A DNA stretch of 64,000 bases from Tetramitus jugosus (lineage: Eukaryota; Protista; Heterolobosea): positions 124,001-188,000 of the forward strand of contig OW569385.1 in assembly GCA_937625935.1 (NCBI GenBank), given 5' to 3'. The notes beneath the pieces are model-generated. The model worked only from the letters and a program-made list of their open reading frames with translations. It searched no databases and was not told the DNA's origin. Below, piece after piece: positions 35,448-46,780 of the stretch. The position numbers and the translations under genes were made by a program. Positions within the stretch are counted from its first letter, which is position 1. Each line of letters begins with the position of its first letter.

Positions 35448-36946
35448 TCAATCTGAATCCCAGCTACTCTCATCACTATCTGAGTGGACATCTTTTCTGA
35501 TCTTGAGTAGGGCATGTTGGATGCAAGAAACTAAATCTTTCTTGTCATTTTCATCGATCTTCTGTAAATCGATATTCACTGAGTGTGAAGCATCTACAGA
35601 CTTGAGTTTTGCTTTGTGCCCTCCATTTCTGATTTGAGCAAGAAGATCATTCCGGTTTGGACTTGAGTCTGGCAATGATTGTGGTCTGTAGGGTACCTTC
35701 TTCTCGGCAGGAGCCTCAGAAACCTTGATGGCCATGGCTGGGAAGTTACCCATAGTAGGTGGAGGTGGAGGTGGGGGAGGAATTCCCATCACGGGTCCAG
35801 ACGGTGGGGGTGGTGGTGGACAAAAAGGTGGAAGCGTTCGCTCAGAGTTGGTATGTGTCGGTACAACAGGAGGAGCTACCATTGGTCGAGGAGGTGGTGG
35901 TGGAGGAGGAGTGACTATCAGTGGAGCATCTGTCACAGGATCAGAGGGTGGAGGAAGAGGCATTCTACGATTATTCTTTTCGGAGGTTGGTGGGTGAGGG
36001 GGTGGTGAAGGCTTCTTCGTTCCATCTAACTTGTTGGCAAACTTGTTCATTTCTTTCATAATTACGGAAGCGGTCTCAGGGTTTTCAAGAACAGCCTTAT
36101 CTACACCCGAAGCATCGAACAATTGTTTCCATTCAGTTGGTAAATTCTCATACACAAATCCTTTCTCTGGATCAAAGCCAATATGAGCACCTCTGCTGAA
36201 TTCCTTCACTCCAGAAATAACAACTTCTCTTCTTACAGGTTTAGGTTCAGCGGGACCTCCCAACAGTTTTTCTTTCATTCGTCCAAAGAAACTCTTCTTC
36301 GGTTGTTGTTGTTGCTTTGGAGAATCTGAGGACTGTCTTCGACTGCTTCCTGCCTTTTGGTACAATCTGAGTTTTGCATTGACAGCATCAATGAATTGTC
36401 CATGATTTTGACCTTCAGCCAGTAAAATTCCAATGGAGCTTCTCTGGTGTTGGGAAAATAATTAGAGAAAGAGCTTAACAACTTTGGAACAACACCAGTC
36501 TACATACATCTGATTCAAAAGCAAAAAATCCTGGTTCGAGGGGTAAAAACGAAAAATTCATGTACATTTCAAATGACCAAATGAACCCTCCTCTCTAATG
36601 ATTATTGTCAAGGGAAGGGAACGGTTAGTAATGATTTTGGTAAGTGCGAACGCACAAAATACTGCTTCCTTTAAACACATACACTACTGTCGTACAACCT
36701 CATAAACATAGTGTCCTCCTTATCTTGTGTTACACACAAAACACCAACTAGTGCAAGGTCATTCCATGTTGAACTACCTTCTTCAGCTTCGTACAGCTTC
36801 ACAACAGCATAACTAACGAGCTAATGAATAGTGAGGTTAGTATTGAGACCGACTTGAGGAGTAACAACTTCGGGCTAACATACAACTTCCTCAGTTAGTG
36901 CTTTCGAGATTCGAATTAGAGTATCAGGTGGCACCAAACGGTTCAT
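35448..36946 (-). CDS. WASP-like actin nucleation-promoting factor (WH1-CRIB-polyPro-WH2-acidic), multi-exon
   Basis: Last exon has ISG..F..HIGFDPEKGF CRIB, polyproline, RNDLLAQIRNG..LKSV WH2 and DSDESSWDSD; upstream exons (AVVKLY..W..VGVLC..MRLYD) bounded by GTATGT donors give a WH1 domain; start at 36946 inferred. Confidence 0.85.
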
Positions 36947-37079
36947 TTCGAAAATTATTAATTGTTCTGGTTGGCCAAGACCGTTCAGCTGTAAAATTTG
37001 TTCGTTCGGGCTTAAATTACTTCCGACAAAAAAATAGAAGCGGAAATTCATTCTTGCTCCGCCTCTGAAAGCAAAAACA

Positions 37080-39323
37080 ATGCAACAACATGAGAATAAC
37101 AGAAATCAAATCGAGCAACATTTTTCGAGTTCTGTTGTTGATCAACTAACAGAAGATAGTTGCTTGGGAGATTCCACTCCCTGTGTCCATCATTTTCTTT
37201 CCCGCTCTTTTCATGCGATTGATCCTCACTACCGCGGTGATTTACTAAAATCCCGTCAACAGGTTTACTCCGAGCCTTTCCTCACGAAGCAAATGAGCTA
37301 TCGACTTCGCTATGGAGCGGGAAATTGGGGAAACCTTTTACAGTTTTCTCACTACAACCCAGGAGACACTCATTTTTTCTTGGCTTGCTCTGATGCTCAA
37401 AAATTCAATCGTGTGCTAAAATTTGAAAATGGTTGCACGAGAGCAGATCCCATTGCTCGACCAAGCTTAAGTCAACATTTTCTAGTTCAGCACGATGACG
37501 TTGTAGAGCAAATACAGTGGTCACTGGACAATCGTTTCATCTATGATACCTCTCGTGATCGAACAGTGTGCAAGATGAGTGTAGAAACTGGAAAGTTCTG
37601 TTCTATTGTGAATACACGAAAATTTGGTCTTCCTGTTGGGTTGTGCGTTCCAAGAAATGATAAGACTAGTTCCCTCGTGTACTTTTGTACGGATAGAAAT
37701 GGTGTGGTTTGTTGGGATAGTCGATTGTCAGGTAAACAGAGTCATAATCTGGATCAAGTGAACCAACAAGTAGAAAAGTTTCAGAACATGTCTTGGATTG
37801 ATTGTTACATGACGAACAATGATCAAATTATTGTTTCTGGTTCAAAGAATGGTATTCTTACGTGGTGGGATATCCGAATGAAAAAAGAACTGTATTCTGT
37901 GATGGATTCGAATCGAAAGTTCATCTCCAGTGTAGAGATTGATCAAAACGATCGAAACGTTTTGATATTTAGTGCATCGGGAGATGTGTATTCATTTGAT
38001 CAGCATTTGCTTGTACCTGACAGCAACAATATGCAGACTCTTCAATCCATTACGGGTTTGAAGACATACAAGGGAGCTCAGAATACCTTTGATCGCAAGT
38101 CAGCACATTTTTCCAATGGTTCAAACTATGTCATTGCAGGTAGTGATACAGGAGCGGTATTCATTTGGAATGCCCACACTTGTGAAGAGCTGTTCCAGAT
38201 TAATTGTGGTCGCGATGCCGACAATGAACCATACCGCATTTTATCTGCTCTGTTTGCCCCGATACCATGTGAGAGCGATATATTGGCCATAACATGCAAT
38301 CTGCCTGCTCTTCTCATTTATCAACTCTGTTCCAAACAGAACACTAATTTATCTTGGCAAGAACTTTATTTCGATGATGATATTGGTCAAGCTGAAGATG
38401 ATATATCAGACGATGATTTTGAAGAAGCAGAAGATTGGGCGGACAATCCGATTACTGAAGACAGCTCGGCTGAATGTACATATGAGTTGAGTTACGCCGA
38501 TCAAATTGTCTATCTGTGCTTGACATGTCTAGCAAATGGAGTGCATCCTGCTGGTTTGTGTGAGCCATGTGCAAAGTTTTGTCATCGGATGCGTGGTCAT
38601 CACGTATACAATCTTGGTCGAAAGCGAAATTTCAAGTGCGATTGTGGAAACAGCAAATTCAATGGTTATGAGTGTTGTTTATTACCGAACAAAGACCCTA
38701 TGAATCCTCGAAACAAATATAATCATAATTTCAAGAACGAATGGTGCTATTGTGGTGCTGAGGAGATAAGACCCATGTACCAGTGCGATAACTGTGAGGA
38801 TTGGTTCCACGGGCGTTGCCTCAATGTAGATGTTATTGACGAGGAATTGTCATATATATGTGATATTTGTCTATCAGGTGTGTGCTCATTTCTACGTGAG
38901 TATCCAATTGATACAACTTCATCGACAGAGAGCTCCGCGATCAGTAAAAGAACTCCCTTGTCTGGTGTGCCAGTTGCTCGAGGGCGCTTCCTGCCCTTAG
39001 ACTGGCGGGATAAAATAACAACAGAACATCGAAATCAAATGTTGAACAGTGAGAGAGCAAAGGAGCCTGTAAATGTTTTAGTGCCACGGCGGAAAGCACC
39101 AGTGGTGAACATCTCTGCTGCCTCAGCGTCACTGCCTACAGAGCCATCTTCCTCCTCATCGAGAAGTGTCCCTGACTCTGTTCGTCCAGTAATTTCAAAA
39201 CCAACGCAAAGAGAAGATGAAGAAGAGGAGATACTTGATGAGAGTGAAGATGAGGACAACGAAGACGAAGATGACGTAGATTCGGAGAGTGACGAGTTCT
39301 TAGAAGACGAAGCAATGGAATGA
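37080..39323 (+). CDS. WD40-repeat protein fused to UBR-box and PHD-like fingers (UBR7-like)
   Basis: CTY..Q.VYLCLTC..GLC..C..FCH..H..LG.KRNFKCDCGNSKF..NKYNHNF..WCYC..MYQC..CEDWFH..C; N-terminal WD repeats; acidic tail. Confidence 0.85.
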   Translation: MQQHENNRNQIEQHFSSSVVDQLTEDSCLGDSTPCVHHFLSRSFHAIDPHYRGDLLKSRQQVYSEPFLTKQMSYRLRYGAGNWGNLLQFSHYNPGDTHFFLACSDAQKFNRVLKFENGCTRADPIARPSLSQHFLVQHDDVVEQIQWSLDNRFIYDTSRDRTVCKMSVETGKFCSIVNTRKFGLPVGLCVPRNDKTSSLVYFCTDRNGVVCWDSRLSGKQSHNLDQVNQQVEKFQNMSWIDCYMTNNDQIIVSGSKNGILTWWDIRMKKELYSVMDSNRKFISSVEIDQNDRNVLIFSASGDVYSFDQHLLVPDSNNMQTLQSITGLKTYKGAQNTFDRKSAHFSNGSNYVIAGSDTGAVFIWNAHTCEELFQINCGRDADNEPYRILSALFAPIPCESDILAITCNLPALLIYQLCSKQNTNLSWQELYFDDDIGQAEDDISDDDFEEAEDWADNPITEDSSAECTYELSYADQIVYLCLTCLANGVHPAGLCEPCAKFCHRMRGHHVYNLGRKRNFKCDCGNSKFNGYECCLLPNKDPMNPRNKYNHNFKNEWCYCGAEEIRPMYQCDNCEDWFHGRCLNVDVIDEELSYICDICLSGVCSFLREYPIDTTSSTESSAISKRTPLSGVPVARGRFLPLDWRDKITTEHRNQMLNSERAKEPVNVLVPRRKAPVVNISAASASLPTEPSSSSSRSVPDSVRPVISKPTQREDEEEEILDESEDEDNEDEDDVDSESDEFLEDEAME

Positions 39324-39336
39324 TAAAAATCATTAT

Positions 39337-40452
39337 TTATTCCTCGGTCACTGGTTCTTGTGATGCTATCGCTTCCTTTTTCAGAATTGCAAAGTAAAGT
39401 GGACCCCAACCTCCCTTATCTGGCAATACAATCCAACCATGCTTTGTTGGTTCTCCAATAGCAAATGTCTTTTTAACCACTTCAAAACGGAGACCAAACT
39501 TATTGCCCAAGGCCTTTTCGATCACATCATCATTTTCAAGTTGACTCAAAGAACAAGTTCCATAAACAACTGTACCACCAGGTTTAACGGTACTCAGTGC
39601 TGTCAACAATAGCAAATATTGCTTTTGATGCATTTCCTTGGTCAGTGCAGGAGTCCATTTGACCATTTGATCGCGATCATGCAACACATGTCTATCGGAG
39701 GAGCAAGGTGCATCAACCAGCACCTTGTCATAGAGATCCTTCTTGAACCATTGAGAGACAGTTCCATCATAACCCGTGACACTGACTCTGCTTCTCATTG
39801 ACAAAGGAACATAGTCTGCAATCACCTTCTGCAGTCTTTTTCTCCGCTCATCCGACCTCTCATTACAATGAAGAGTGCTGCCCGTGTGAGCAAACAGTTT
39901 TTGAATAAGAGCTACAGATTTGCCTCCAGGTGCAGCGCACAAGTCCAAAACCTTCATATCACTCGATGTGATATCCATGGCCTCCACAGCTAACACAGAA
40001 GCTGCATCCAATAAATAATAACTGTAGACTTGATTGGAGTCACGAACTGGTCTTGGAAAACTCAATAAGCTAATATCAACCTCCTCTTCGCTCTGCTGTA
40101 GTTGGAGCTCCTCCGCGCCATTTTCGATCGGAGTGGATTGTTTCTCCGGTTTCGCAAAAATATAGCAAGGAATCGTGACGTGAGGCATCGTAGACAGATA
40201 AGGTTGAACAAGTGCCAAATACTCATCAAGTTCCTTCCTATTTGCAAATCGATTGAGCATGCAACAATGACTCGTTGGAAGCTCAAGTGCACTCACGAGT
40301 TGACTCCATCTTTTGACGCCGTACTGAGCATTGTAGTGTTCCATGAATGCTCTTTTACCAACATTTTTGCTGCTTTGACCAGAGTTGCTTTTTCCTCCTC
40401 TGTTTGTGTTTCTTCTCATGCTTGTTTTTGTGCAGCTTTGTTTTCTCCGCAT
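39337..40452 (-). CDS. NOL1/NOP2/Sun-family RNA m5C methyltransferase (NSUN3/4-like)
   Basis: VLDLCAAPGGKS, DKVLVDAPCS, VYGTCSL..END motifs. Confidence 0.92.
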   Translation of the reverse strand: MRRKQSCTKTSMRRNTNRGGKSNSGQSSKNVGKRAFMEHYNAQYGVKRWSQLVSALELPTSHCCMLNRFANRKELDEYLALVQPYLSTMPHVTIPCYIFAKPEKQSTPIENGAEELQLQQSEEEVDISLLSFPRPVRDSNQVYSYYLLDAASVLAVEAMDITSSDMKVLDLCAAPGGKSVALIQKLFAHTGSTLHCNERSDERRKRLQKVIADYVPLSMRSRVSVTGYDGTVSQWFKKDLYDKVLVDAPCSSDRHVLHDRDQMVKWTPALTKEMHQKQYLLLLTALSTVKPGGTVVYGTCSLSQLENDDVIEKALGNKFGLRFEVVKKTFAIGEPTKHGWIVLPDKGGWGPLYFAILKKEAIASQEPVTEE

Positions 40453-40521
40453 GTGAAAATAACTCTTGATTCTCCGAGGATAAAGGAGCGAGTAGTTGTA
40501 AAGTTTAATATTTATTGCTTC

Positions 40522-41397
40522 TCATATGGCTTGTTGTTCGTTGGACAAGTGAAGAGTTTTGTTCGTCCTTCTTTGGAGTAAGGATGAAGATCGTCTCGGT
40601 TTGTGAATCCTATTCCTTCTAAAGTGACATTCCTGATCATGGTTTGTCACTGAGAATGATGATCTGTGCTGTGAAAGCAATGGAACGTTCCGATGTTCAA
40701 TCGAAAATCCTTGGTTCTCTGTCCTTTTGTCTTCGCACCCAGAATCAGTGCCATCGTTTGTATGTACAAGTCTGGGAGTCTTCGCTTCTCCTTTAAAATC
40801 TAGTGAATCCCCATTTCTTCTCTTTGTTATCCAACGAATATTCCTAATCGAACTCTGAAAGTACTCTTGAAACTCCTTCTTTGCCTTCTGGAAATCAACT
40901 TCTGGGTCGGCAGGCGTTGCTGGAGTTACAGGAGCCGAGGAAAAGCCATGAACTGAAGGTTCTTGCTCTTTAGAGGAAAAGTTCTCAAGGAAACATCTTC
41001 GATGGAGTGAATTTCGTTCACTGCTATGACCAACCTTCCTTTTGTTTGAAAGAGAGAATGCCGATAGACACGATGACATTTCGTCTATTCTATTGTCCAA
41101 CTGTTTAGTATTCGGGGTTAAGCAACTCGTGGATAACAGTGATCTCTGAAGATAACGCTGAGATTTCTTCTCGGGCATTAGCAGAGGTTTGAGATTTGCC
41201 ACTGATTTCTTCGGATGAGCAGGGGAACACTCAACCGACGAGGGTCCAGAAGCTTTATTGAAATACGATGACGAATAAGGAGGATTCAAAGAAGTTTGAG
41301 ATAATGAAGACAAGGATTCTTCATCTCTCTCCTTCAGGTTACTATGACTCATTTGTTGTGGGTTTGATCCGCCATCTTCGCGCATGAAACTAACCAT
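40522..41397 (-). CDS. Hypothetical Ser-rich protein
   Basis: 291-aa ATG-initiated ORF filling the gap between genes; no domain recognised. Confidence 0.6.
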   Translation of the reverse strand: MVSFMREDGGSNPQQMSHSNLKERDEESLSSLSQTSLNPPYSSSYFNKASGPSSVECSPAHPKKSVANLKPLLMPEKKSQRYLQRSLLSTSCLTPNTKQLDNRIDEMSSCLSAFSLSNKRKVGHSSERNSLHRRCFLENFSSKEQEPSVHGFSSAPVTPATPADPEVDFQKAKKEFQEYFQSSIRNIRWITKRRNGDSLDFKGEAKTPRLVHTNDGTDSGCEDKRTENQGFSIEHRNVPLLSQHRSSFSVTNHDQECHFRRNRIHKPRRSSSLLQRRTNKTLHLSNEQQAI

Positions 41398-41670
41398 CCT
41401 AGTGTTTGACTCAAGCTTCTTCTAGAAAGATAAACAATAAGAATATTGTTGTTTGGTTTGGAAAGTCAGATTCTGTTTGTTGCGATAGATGGCATTCGTT
41501 CAAATAAATTGCGAAACGTATCTTCCTTCGAGTAAGGAATTATAAATAGTTATTAGGCACCTCTTCGGAAGAAGCTTCCAGATACCTGATTGATGTTCCT
41601 CGACCAATTCTTATTCTTGGACGATACTTGATATTGATTCTTCTTCATTTGTGATGTCTAGTTCTCTTAA

Positions 41671-43227
41671 TTGGCCATGATTTGCAGGGCATCATCCCCA
41701 CATCACCTTTTCCTTCAAATTGAAAAAAAAATTTGCCGCCAAACTCTCGGACAAAATCATCAATTCATGCAAAACATGCACAGAAAATGGTATCAAACGA
41801 CAACGCACAAATTCGTTTCTAACCTTTTTGGATATTCCTCCAAAACTTACCATTCCTATGGAAATCAAAGATTGTTTTCTCATCTCGCAAATGGCAAACT
41901 TTTCGCGCCAGAAGAAAATTCGTTCGTGAATTCCCGCCAAAACACTGTTTACGACGGGCGCGTCAACATTTGCGGAAAAAGCAGACAAGATGTGAAAGGT
42001 TTGCTACAGGCAACGAATGACCCTGCCTTTTCAGAGTCCAGTATGCCAGACTATCGCATCAATGAGCTCTTTAGATACATTTATCATCATGGTGAAACTG
42101 ATTTCTTGCAGATGCACAAGCTAAGCAAAGCCATGAAGCTAGCACTGAACAACCATTTCAAAGTAGAGTACTGTAATGAGTTGCTGGATCACAAGGTTGA
42201 CTCTACGGATGGCACAAGAAAATTGTTGCTTGCATTTGATGAATTGAACAAGAAACAAGCTCGTTCTGCACTTGATGTTCCCTCAAAGATGGATGAATCA
42301 CCATCTCTCATGAAAAAAAATACTTTATGTGCCGAGAAAAATGTCAATGACACGTCTAGAGTCAAGGTAGAGTCCGTATTTATACCTGATGAAAACAGAG
42401 GCACTGTATGTGTCTCCTCGCAAGTTGGTTGCTCGCTGAGTTGCAAGTTTTGTCACACGGGCACGCAAGCACTGGAAAGAAATCTACAGAGTGATGAAAT
42501 TGTGAGACAAGTGATGATGGCAAAGAAGGTCCTGGGAGATTTCAATCACAGAACAAGTGAACAGAGAAAAGTGTCACATGTCGTTTTCATGGGTCAGGGA
42601 GAACCATTGTACAATTATCGAAATGTCAAGAAGGCGATAGAAGTAATGGGTGATGACTTTGGCTTGAAAATTGGTCAGAGAACCATCACTGTCAGTACAT
42701 CTGGCATTGTTCCTGTCATTACGAGACTCAATCAGGATTTTCCTCGAATTCACATTGCCATTTCGTTGCATGCAACAACAGACGAGCTAAGAAACGAACT
42801 TGTGCCCATCAATAAGACATATAATATCGCCACATTAATGAATACATTGCGCAATCTACCAAACATTCGGCCGAGCAGAAAAATAATGTTTGAATATGTC
42901 ATGTTACGAGGCGTTAATGACAGTTTTGAGGATGCAGAGCGATTGGTGCAATTGCTGGACGGATTACCTGCTATCGTGAATCTGATCCCATTCAATAGCT
43001 GGCCTGGATCTGGATTCGAGAGCTCTACACCAGAACACATAGAACAATTTTCAAACTATATCTCAAGTCGAGGCATTCGTGCTCCTGTTCGTTGGTCCAA
43101 GGGATTTGAAATCCTTGGCGCCTGCGGTCAACTGAGATCCTCTAGCAAACTGAAGGAAGCGTACATCAAACTGATCACTTCAGAGAATACGCAAATACGA
43201 ACTGGAAAATCTCTGTTAAGTTTTTAG
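41671..43227 (+). CDS. rlmN: RlmN-type radical SAM RNA methyltransferase, probably organelle-targeted
   Basis: CVSSQVGCSLSCKFCHTG (CxxxCxxC), MGQGEP, SLHA, NLIPFN, GACGQL; N-terminal extension; ATG likely 41677 or later. Confidence 0.92.
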   Translation: MAMICRASSPHHLFLQIEKKICRQTLGQNHQFMQNMHRKWYQTTTHKFVSNLFGYSSKTYHSYGNQRLFSHLANGKLFAPEENSFVNSRQNTVYDGRVNICGKSRQDVKGLLQATNDPAFSESSMPDYRINELFRYIYHHGETDFLQMHKLSKAMKLALNNHFKVEYCNELLDHKVDSTDGTRKLLLAFDELNKKQARSALDVPSKMDESPSLMKKNTLCAEKNVNDTSRVKVESVFIPDENRGTVCVSSQVGCSLSCKFCHTGTQALERNLQSDEIVRQVMMAKKVLGDFNHRTSEQRKVSHVVFMGQGEPLYNYRNVKKAIEVMGDDFGLKIGQRTITVSTSGIVPVITRLNQDFPRIHIAISLHATTDELRNELVPINKTYNIATLMNTLRNLPNIRPSRKIMFEYVMLRGVNDSFEDAERLVQLLDGLPAIVNLIPFNSWPGSGFESSTPEHIEQFSNYISSRGIRAPVRWSKGFEILGACGQLRSSSKLKEAYIKLITSENTQIRTGKSLLSF

Positions 43228-43259
43228 AATAATAAATTATTGTATTGAAACTATCTCGC

Positions 43260-46200
43260 TCACAAGAAATACTTCTTTGGCTTGTATCTCTGGAGTAACA
43301 GCGAGAAGAAAACAACTGGAAGACTAGAGAATATCTCAGACAAGCCAGCGATTGCAGGTGGTATGGTGATGTGGAACATAGGATAGAGGAGGCCTGCTGC
43401 CAGTGGAATACCGATAGCATTGTAGAAGAAAGCCCACAGGAAGTTAATCTTAATTCTTCGGTACGTGGTTTTAGACAAGTCTAACGCCACCAACACATCA
43501 CGCAAATCACTCTTCATGAGGACGATATCAGCAGTTTCTAATGTGATATCAGATCCAGCACCAATTGCCATACCCACATCAGCTCTCGCAATTGAAATAC
43601 TGTCATTTACACCATCACCAACCATGGCAACAATCTTTCCTTGAGACTGCAACTCGCGGATCTTATCAGCCTTATCACTGGGAAGAGCTTCACCAATGAC
43701 GTTTGTAATACCAACCTCATCAGCTATAGCATGAGTAGTGGCAGCATTATCACCACTAACGACCCACACTTCAATACCTTGCTTCTTCAATTCGCGCACA
43801 ACTAGTCTGGCTTCAGGCTTTGGCGTATCCGATAGAGCAACCACTCCACAAAGTACATTTCCTATACAAACACAAATCACAGTCTTTCTGTCATTTTCGT
43901 ACGAGGCAATCAAATCTACAACATCTTCGTTCAATTCAATGAAGTTTTCTTGCATCCAGAATGTGTTGCCAACAATTAGGTCATCTCCGAACACCGAACA
44001 CTTGAATCCTCGTCCAGGTTCAGCTTGATAATCTGCTGGTTCAACCAAGGTCATATCCTTCAATTCTTCTTTTGCATAATTTACAATAGCTTTGCCAATC
44101 ACGTGCTCACTTCCTAACTCAGCCGATCCCACAAGGTATAGAAAATTGGATAATTGCATTTTATCATCCAATATTTCTACATTGGTAACCACGGGCTTTC
44201 CAACTGTCAATGTTCCTGTCTTATCAAAAACAACAGCATTAACTTTGTGACAAGTCTCAATGACTGGACCGCTCTTATACAGCACCCCAAACTTTGCTCC
44301 TTGTCCTATTCCAACCATGACTGCTGTAGGAGCAGCCAGTGATATAGCACATGGACAAGAAATAACCAAGATAGCCAATGCAAATTGCAATGCAAAGGCA
44401 ATTGGATGCATTGTAGGTTTAAATACATTTGCGTATGCTAACGATAGCCAAACAATAAATGCAATGATAGCCATTAGCACGATTACTGGAATAAAGTATG
44501 CAGATACTGTATCGGCTATTCGCTGAATAGGCGCTTTCTCGGCTTGAGCCTCATGGATAGCTCTATCGATCTCAGATAGAGTGTTCTCAGCGGCAATTTT
44601 GGTCACTTGTATATGTATTGTGCCATTTTGGTTGATTGTTCCTCCATATACAAGGTGGTTTAACTCCTTGAGGACTGGGATTGACTCGCCAGTAATCATT
44701 GACTCATCAATGGTTGTTGTTCCATAAACAACAATGCCGTCAGTTGGCACTCTCGCACCTGGTGTGACCTTCAAAACATCTCTTCGCTGCACTAATTCGA
44801 TATCAATCTCTGCTTCTTCATCCTCGCTCACTAAAATTGCCTTATCGACTCTCAACTCCATCATCTTTGACAAAATATCACTCGTTTTTCCTTTGGCTAA
44901 TATTTCACAATACCTACCAAGAATGATAAATGTGAGAAGCATGGCCGAGGTCTCAAAGAATGATTCATCCTGGAAATCTTTACCTAGCATAGCGATCACA
45001 GTGCTGACCACAGAGTAAAAATAAGCTGTGGTCGTGCTTAGCATCACCAAGGTATCCATGTTTGGCTTCTTGGCATATCTTATGGCTCTATAAGCCGATA
45101 AATACAATGGTTTTCCTAAAACAAATTGAATTGGAGTAGCTAAAAACCATGAGATCAATACTCTTATCGACAATCCCTGAATTACACTTTGTTCAAAGAA
45201 TGCATGCACTGATTTGTTCAGAGGAACGATAAAAGATAAAATAAATATGGGAACACTCAGAGACAAACTGATGATAAACTGAAGTCTCCACTTGTAGATT
45301 TCGTTTGCCTGGTCCACTTGGACAGACCGAGGTTCAAAGTACAGTGAAACTGGACCGTGACTCTCCTCAATAACTGCCTTAAGAGTTCTGACTCCAGTGA
45401 TCTCTGGATCGTAATGCACCGTTAAAATGTGTCTCTCCACTGATAAGCTCCGAATACCTGGTGTTGTTGCTGCAATTCGATCATCAACCGTTAAACCAGC
45501 CTCTGCGAACCCTTCTCCCATATTGAACATGACTTTTGTAAACGAGGAATCGCTAGCTACGGACACTCCAAATCCAAACTTTGCAATCTCGTCACACACC
45601 TGTTTACTACTGATCATTGTTCGATTGTATCTTACAAGTGCAGAATTAGTAATAGCAATGATTTGAATACTGATAATTGCAGGATTCTTCCGTACTGTCT
45701 CTTCAGCCATTATCGCACAATCGGCACAATGAATCTTTGTAATGGTTAACTTGACTTCTGCAATCTCAGATTCCAAGTGACTTGAATTCATATCGACAAG
45801 CACAGATGCCGAAGATGCATGATCACTCGAATAATAGACACTGGAAACTTGATCATTACTGCTCTTGGAGCAACAACCCTTTGAACAACTTGTGCTTTGC
45901 TGTTGTTTTTCAACAACAACAGCTTTTGCATTGCGACTACAACCCTTGCTGCTGCAACAAGAAGAACTTTTTACTTCTTGCTCACTTGTTTGTGCAGGTT
46001 TGCTGCCACAGCTTGTTTTGGGCTCTGCTGCAGAATGAGAGGATGAACAGCTACTATGCTTGCTATCCGATGAAGAGCAACAAGAAGTAGGTTTTGCTGG
46101 CTTGACACTAGGAGAAGAAGAGTGATCACAACAAGATTTCTTCTTCTCTGCACTTTTACTGCAGGAACTGGTGTTGCTCGTTGAACAACAAGCTGTTTTG

Positions 46201-46433
46201 CCACTCTCTTTGGAAATAATGGTTGGAAGCTCAATCTCTTCATGATGATGAAGATTGGACTTTGAGGCAGCACAACACGATGAAACCGATTTGCTCGTGG
46301 AGTCCAATGAGTCAAGTGAAGGCTCAACGGTATGACTCATCTTCTCACTCTTCTGATTCGTTGCACCACAACAACCCTTGGAACAGTTTGTCATTGTTGC
46401 TGAGTTGTGCAAGGGGAGTAATTGATGCATCAA
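43260..46433 (-). CDS. P1B-type heavy-metal (Cu-like) transporting ATPase with Cys-rich N-terminus
   Basis: HCADC HMA motif, TGES, CPC, DKTGTLT, SEH, GDGVND, YN motifs. Confidence 0.95.
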   Translation of the reverse strand: MMHQLLPLHNSATMTNCSKGCCGATNQKSEKMSHTVEPSLDSLDSTSKSVSSCCAASKSNLHHHEEIELPTIISKESGKTACCSTSNTSSCSKSAEKKKSCCDHSSSPSVKPAKPTSCCSSSDSKHSSCSSSHSAAEPKTSCGSKPAQTSEQEVKSSSCCSSKGCSRNAKAVVVEKQQQSTSCSKGCCSKSSNDQVSSVYYSSDHASSASVLVDMNSSHLESEIAEVKLTITKIHCADCAIMAEETVRKNPAIISIQIIAITNSALVRYNRTMISSKQVCDEIAKFGFGVSVASDSSFTKVMFNMGEGFAEAGLTVDDRIAATTPGIRSLSVERHILTVHYDPEITGVRTLKAVIEESHGPVSLYFEPRSVQVDQANEIYKWRLQFIISLSLSVPIFILSFIVPLNKSVHAFFEQSVIQGLSIRVLISWFLATPIQFVLGKPLYLSAYRAIRYAKKPNMDTLVMLSTTTAYFYSVVSTVIAMLGKDFQDESFFETSAMLLTFIILGRYCEILAKGKTSDILSKMMELRVDKAILVSEDEEAEIDIELVQRRDVLKVTPGARVPTDGIVVYGTTTIDESMITGESIPVLKELNHLVYGGTINQNGTIHIQVTKIAAENTLSEIDRAIHEAQAEKAPIQRIADTVSAYFIPVIVLMAIIAFIVWLSLAYANVFKPTMHPIAFALQFALAILVISCPCAISLAAPTAVMVGIGQGAKFGVLYKSGPVIETCHKVNAVVFDKTGTLTVGKPVVTNVEILDDKMQLSNFLYLVGSAELGSEHVIGKAIVNYAKEELKDMTLVEPADYQAEPGRGFKCSVFGDDLIVGNTFWMQENFIELNEDVVDLIASYENDRKTVICVCIGNVLCGVVALSDTPKPEARLVVRELKKQGIEVWVVSGDNAATTHAIADEVGITNVIGEALPSDKADKIRELQSQGKIVAMVGDGVNDSISIARADVGMAIGAGSDITLETADIVLMKSDLRDVLVALDLSKTTYRRIKINFLWAFFYNAIGIPLAAGLLYPMFHITIPPAIAGLSEIFSSLPVVFFSLLLQRYKPKKYFL

Positions 46434-46780
46434 CTTTGTTTGGAAGGGAGCGGAGCAAGGTTGTTAGTCCGCTTCTTTGTAAGCGGGACCAAAGAAGGAC
46501 CGGTTTGTGCAGGATTCACTCGCTTGGTCAGTGTACTTTTGCAAGCATATGTTTTTGAAGGGAGCAAAGTTCCTGAGTTCTCCTCAAGCTAAAAAAGCTA
46601 TTGAGCTATGAGGACGAATTATTCGTTTTTTGACAATGACTAAAAAGAGCTCTCGCTTTCGAGTAACAAATAAGTCGCGGGTACCCTTCTCCGAGTAGCC
46701 ACTAACCGTTTATCTCTTCTCATCATGCATATTTTTGTTACAAACAAGAAGAAGAAACGAGCACGCATCAAACTATTGTT

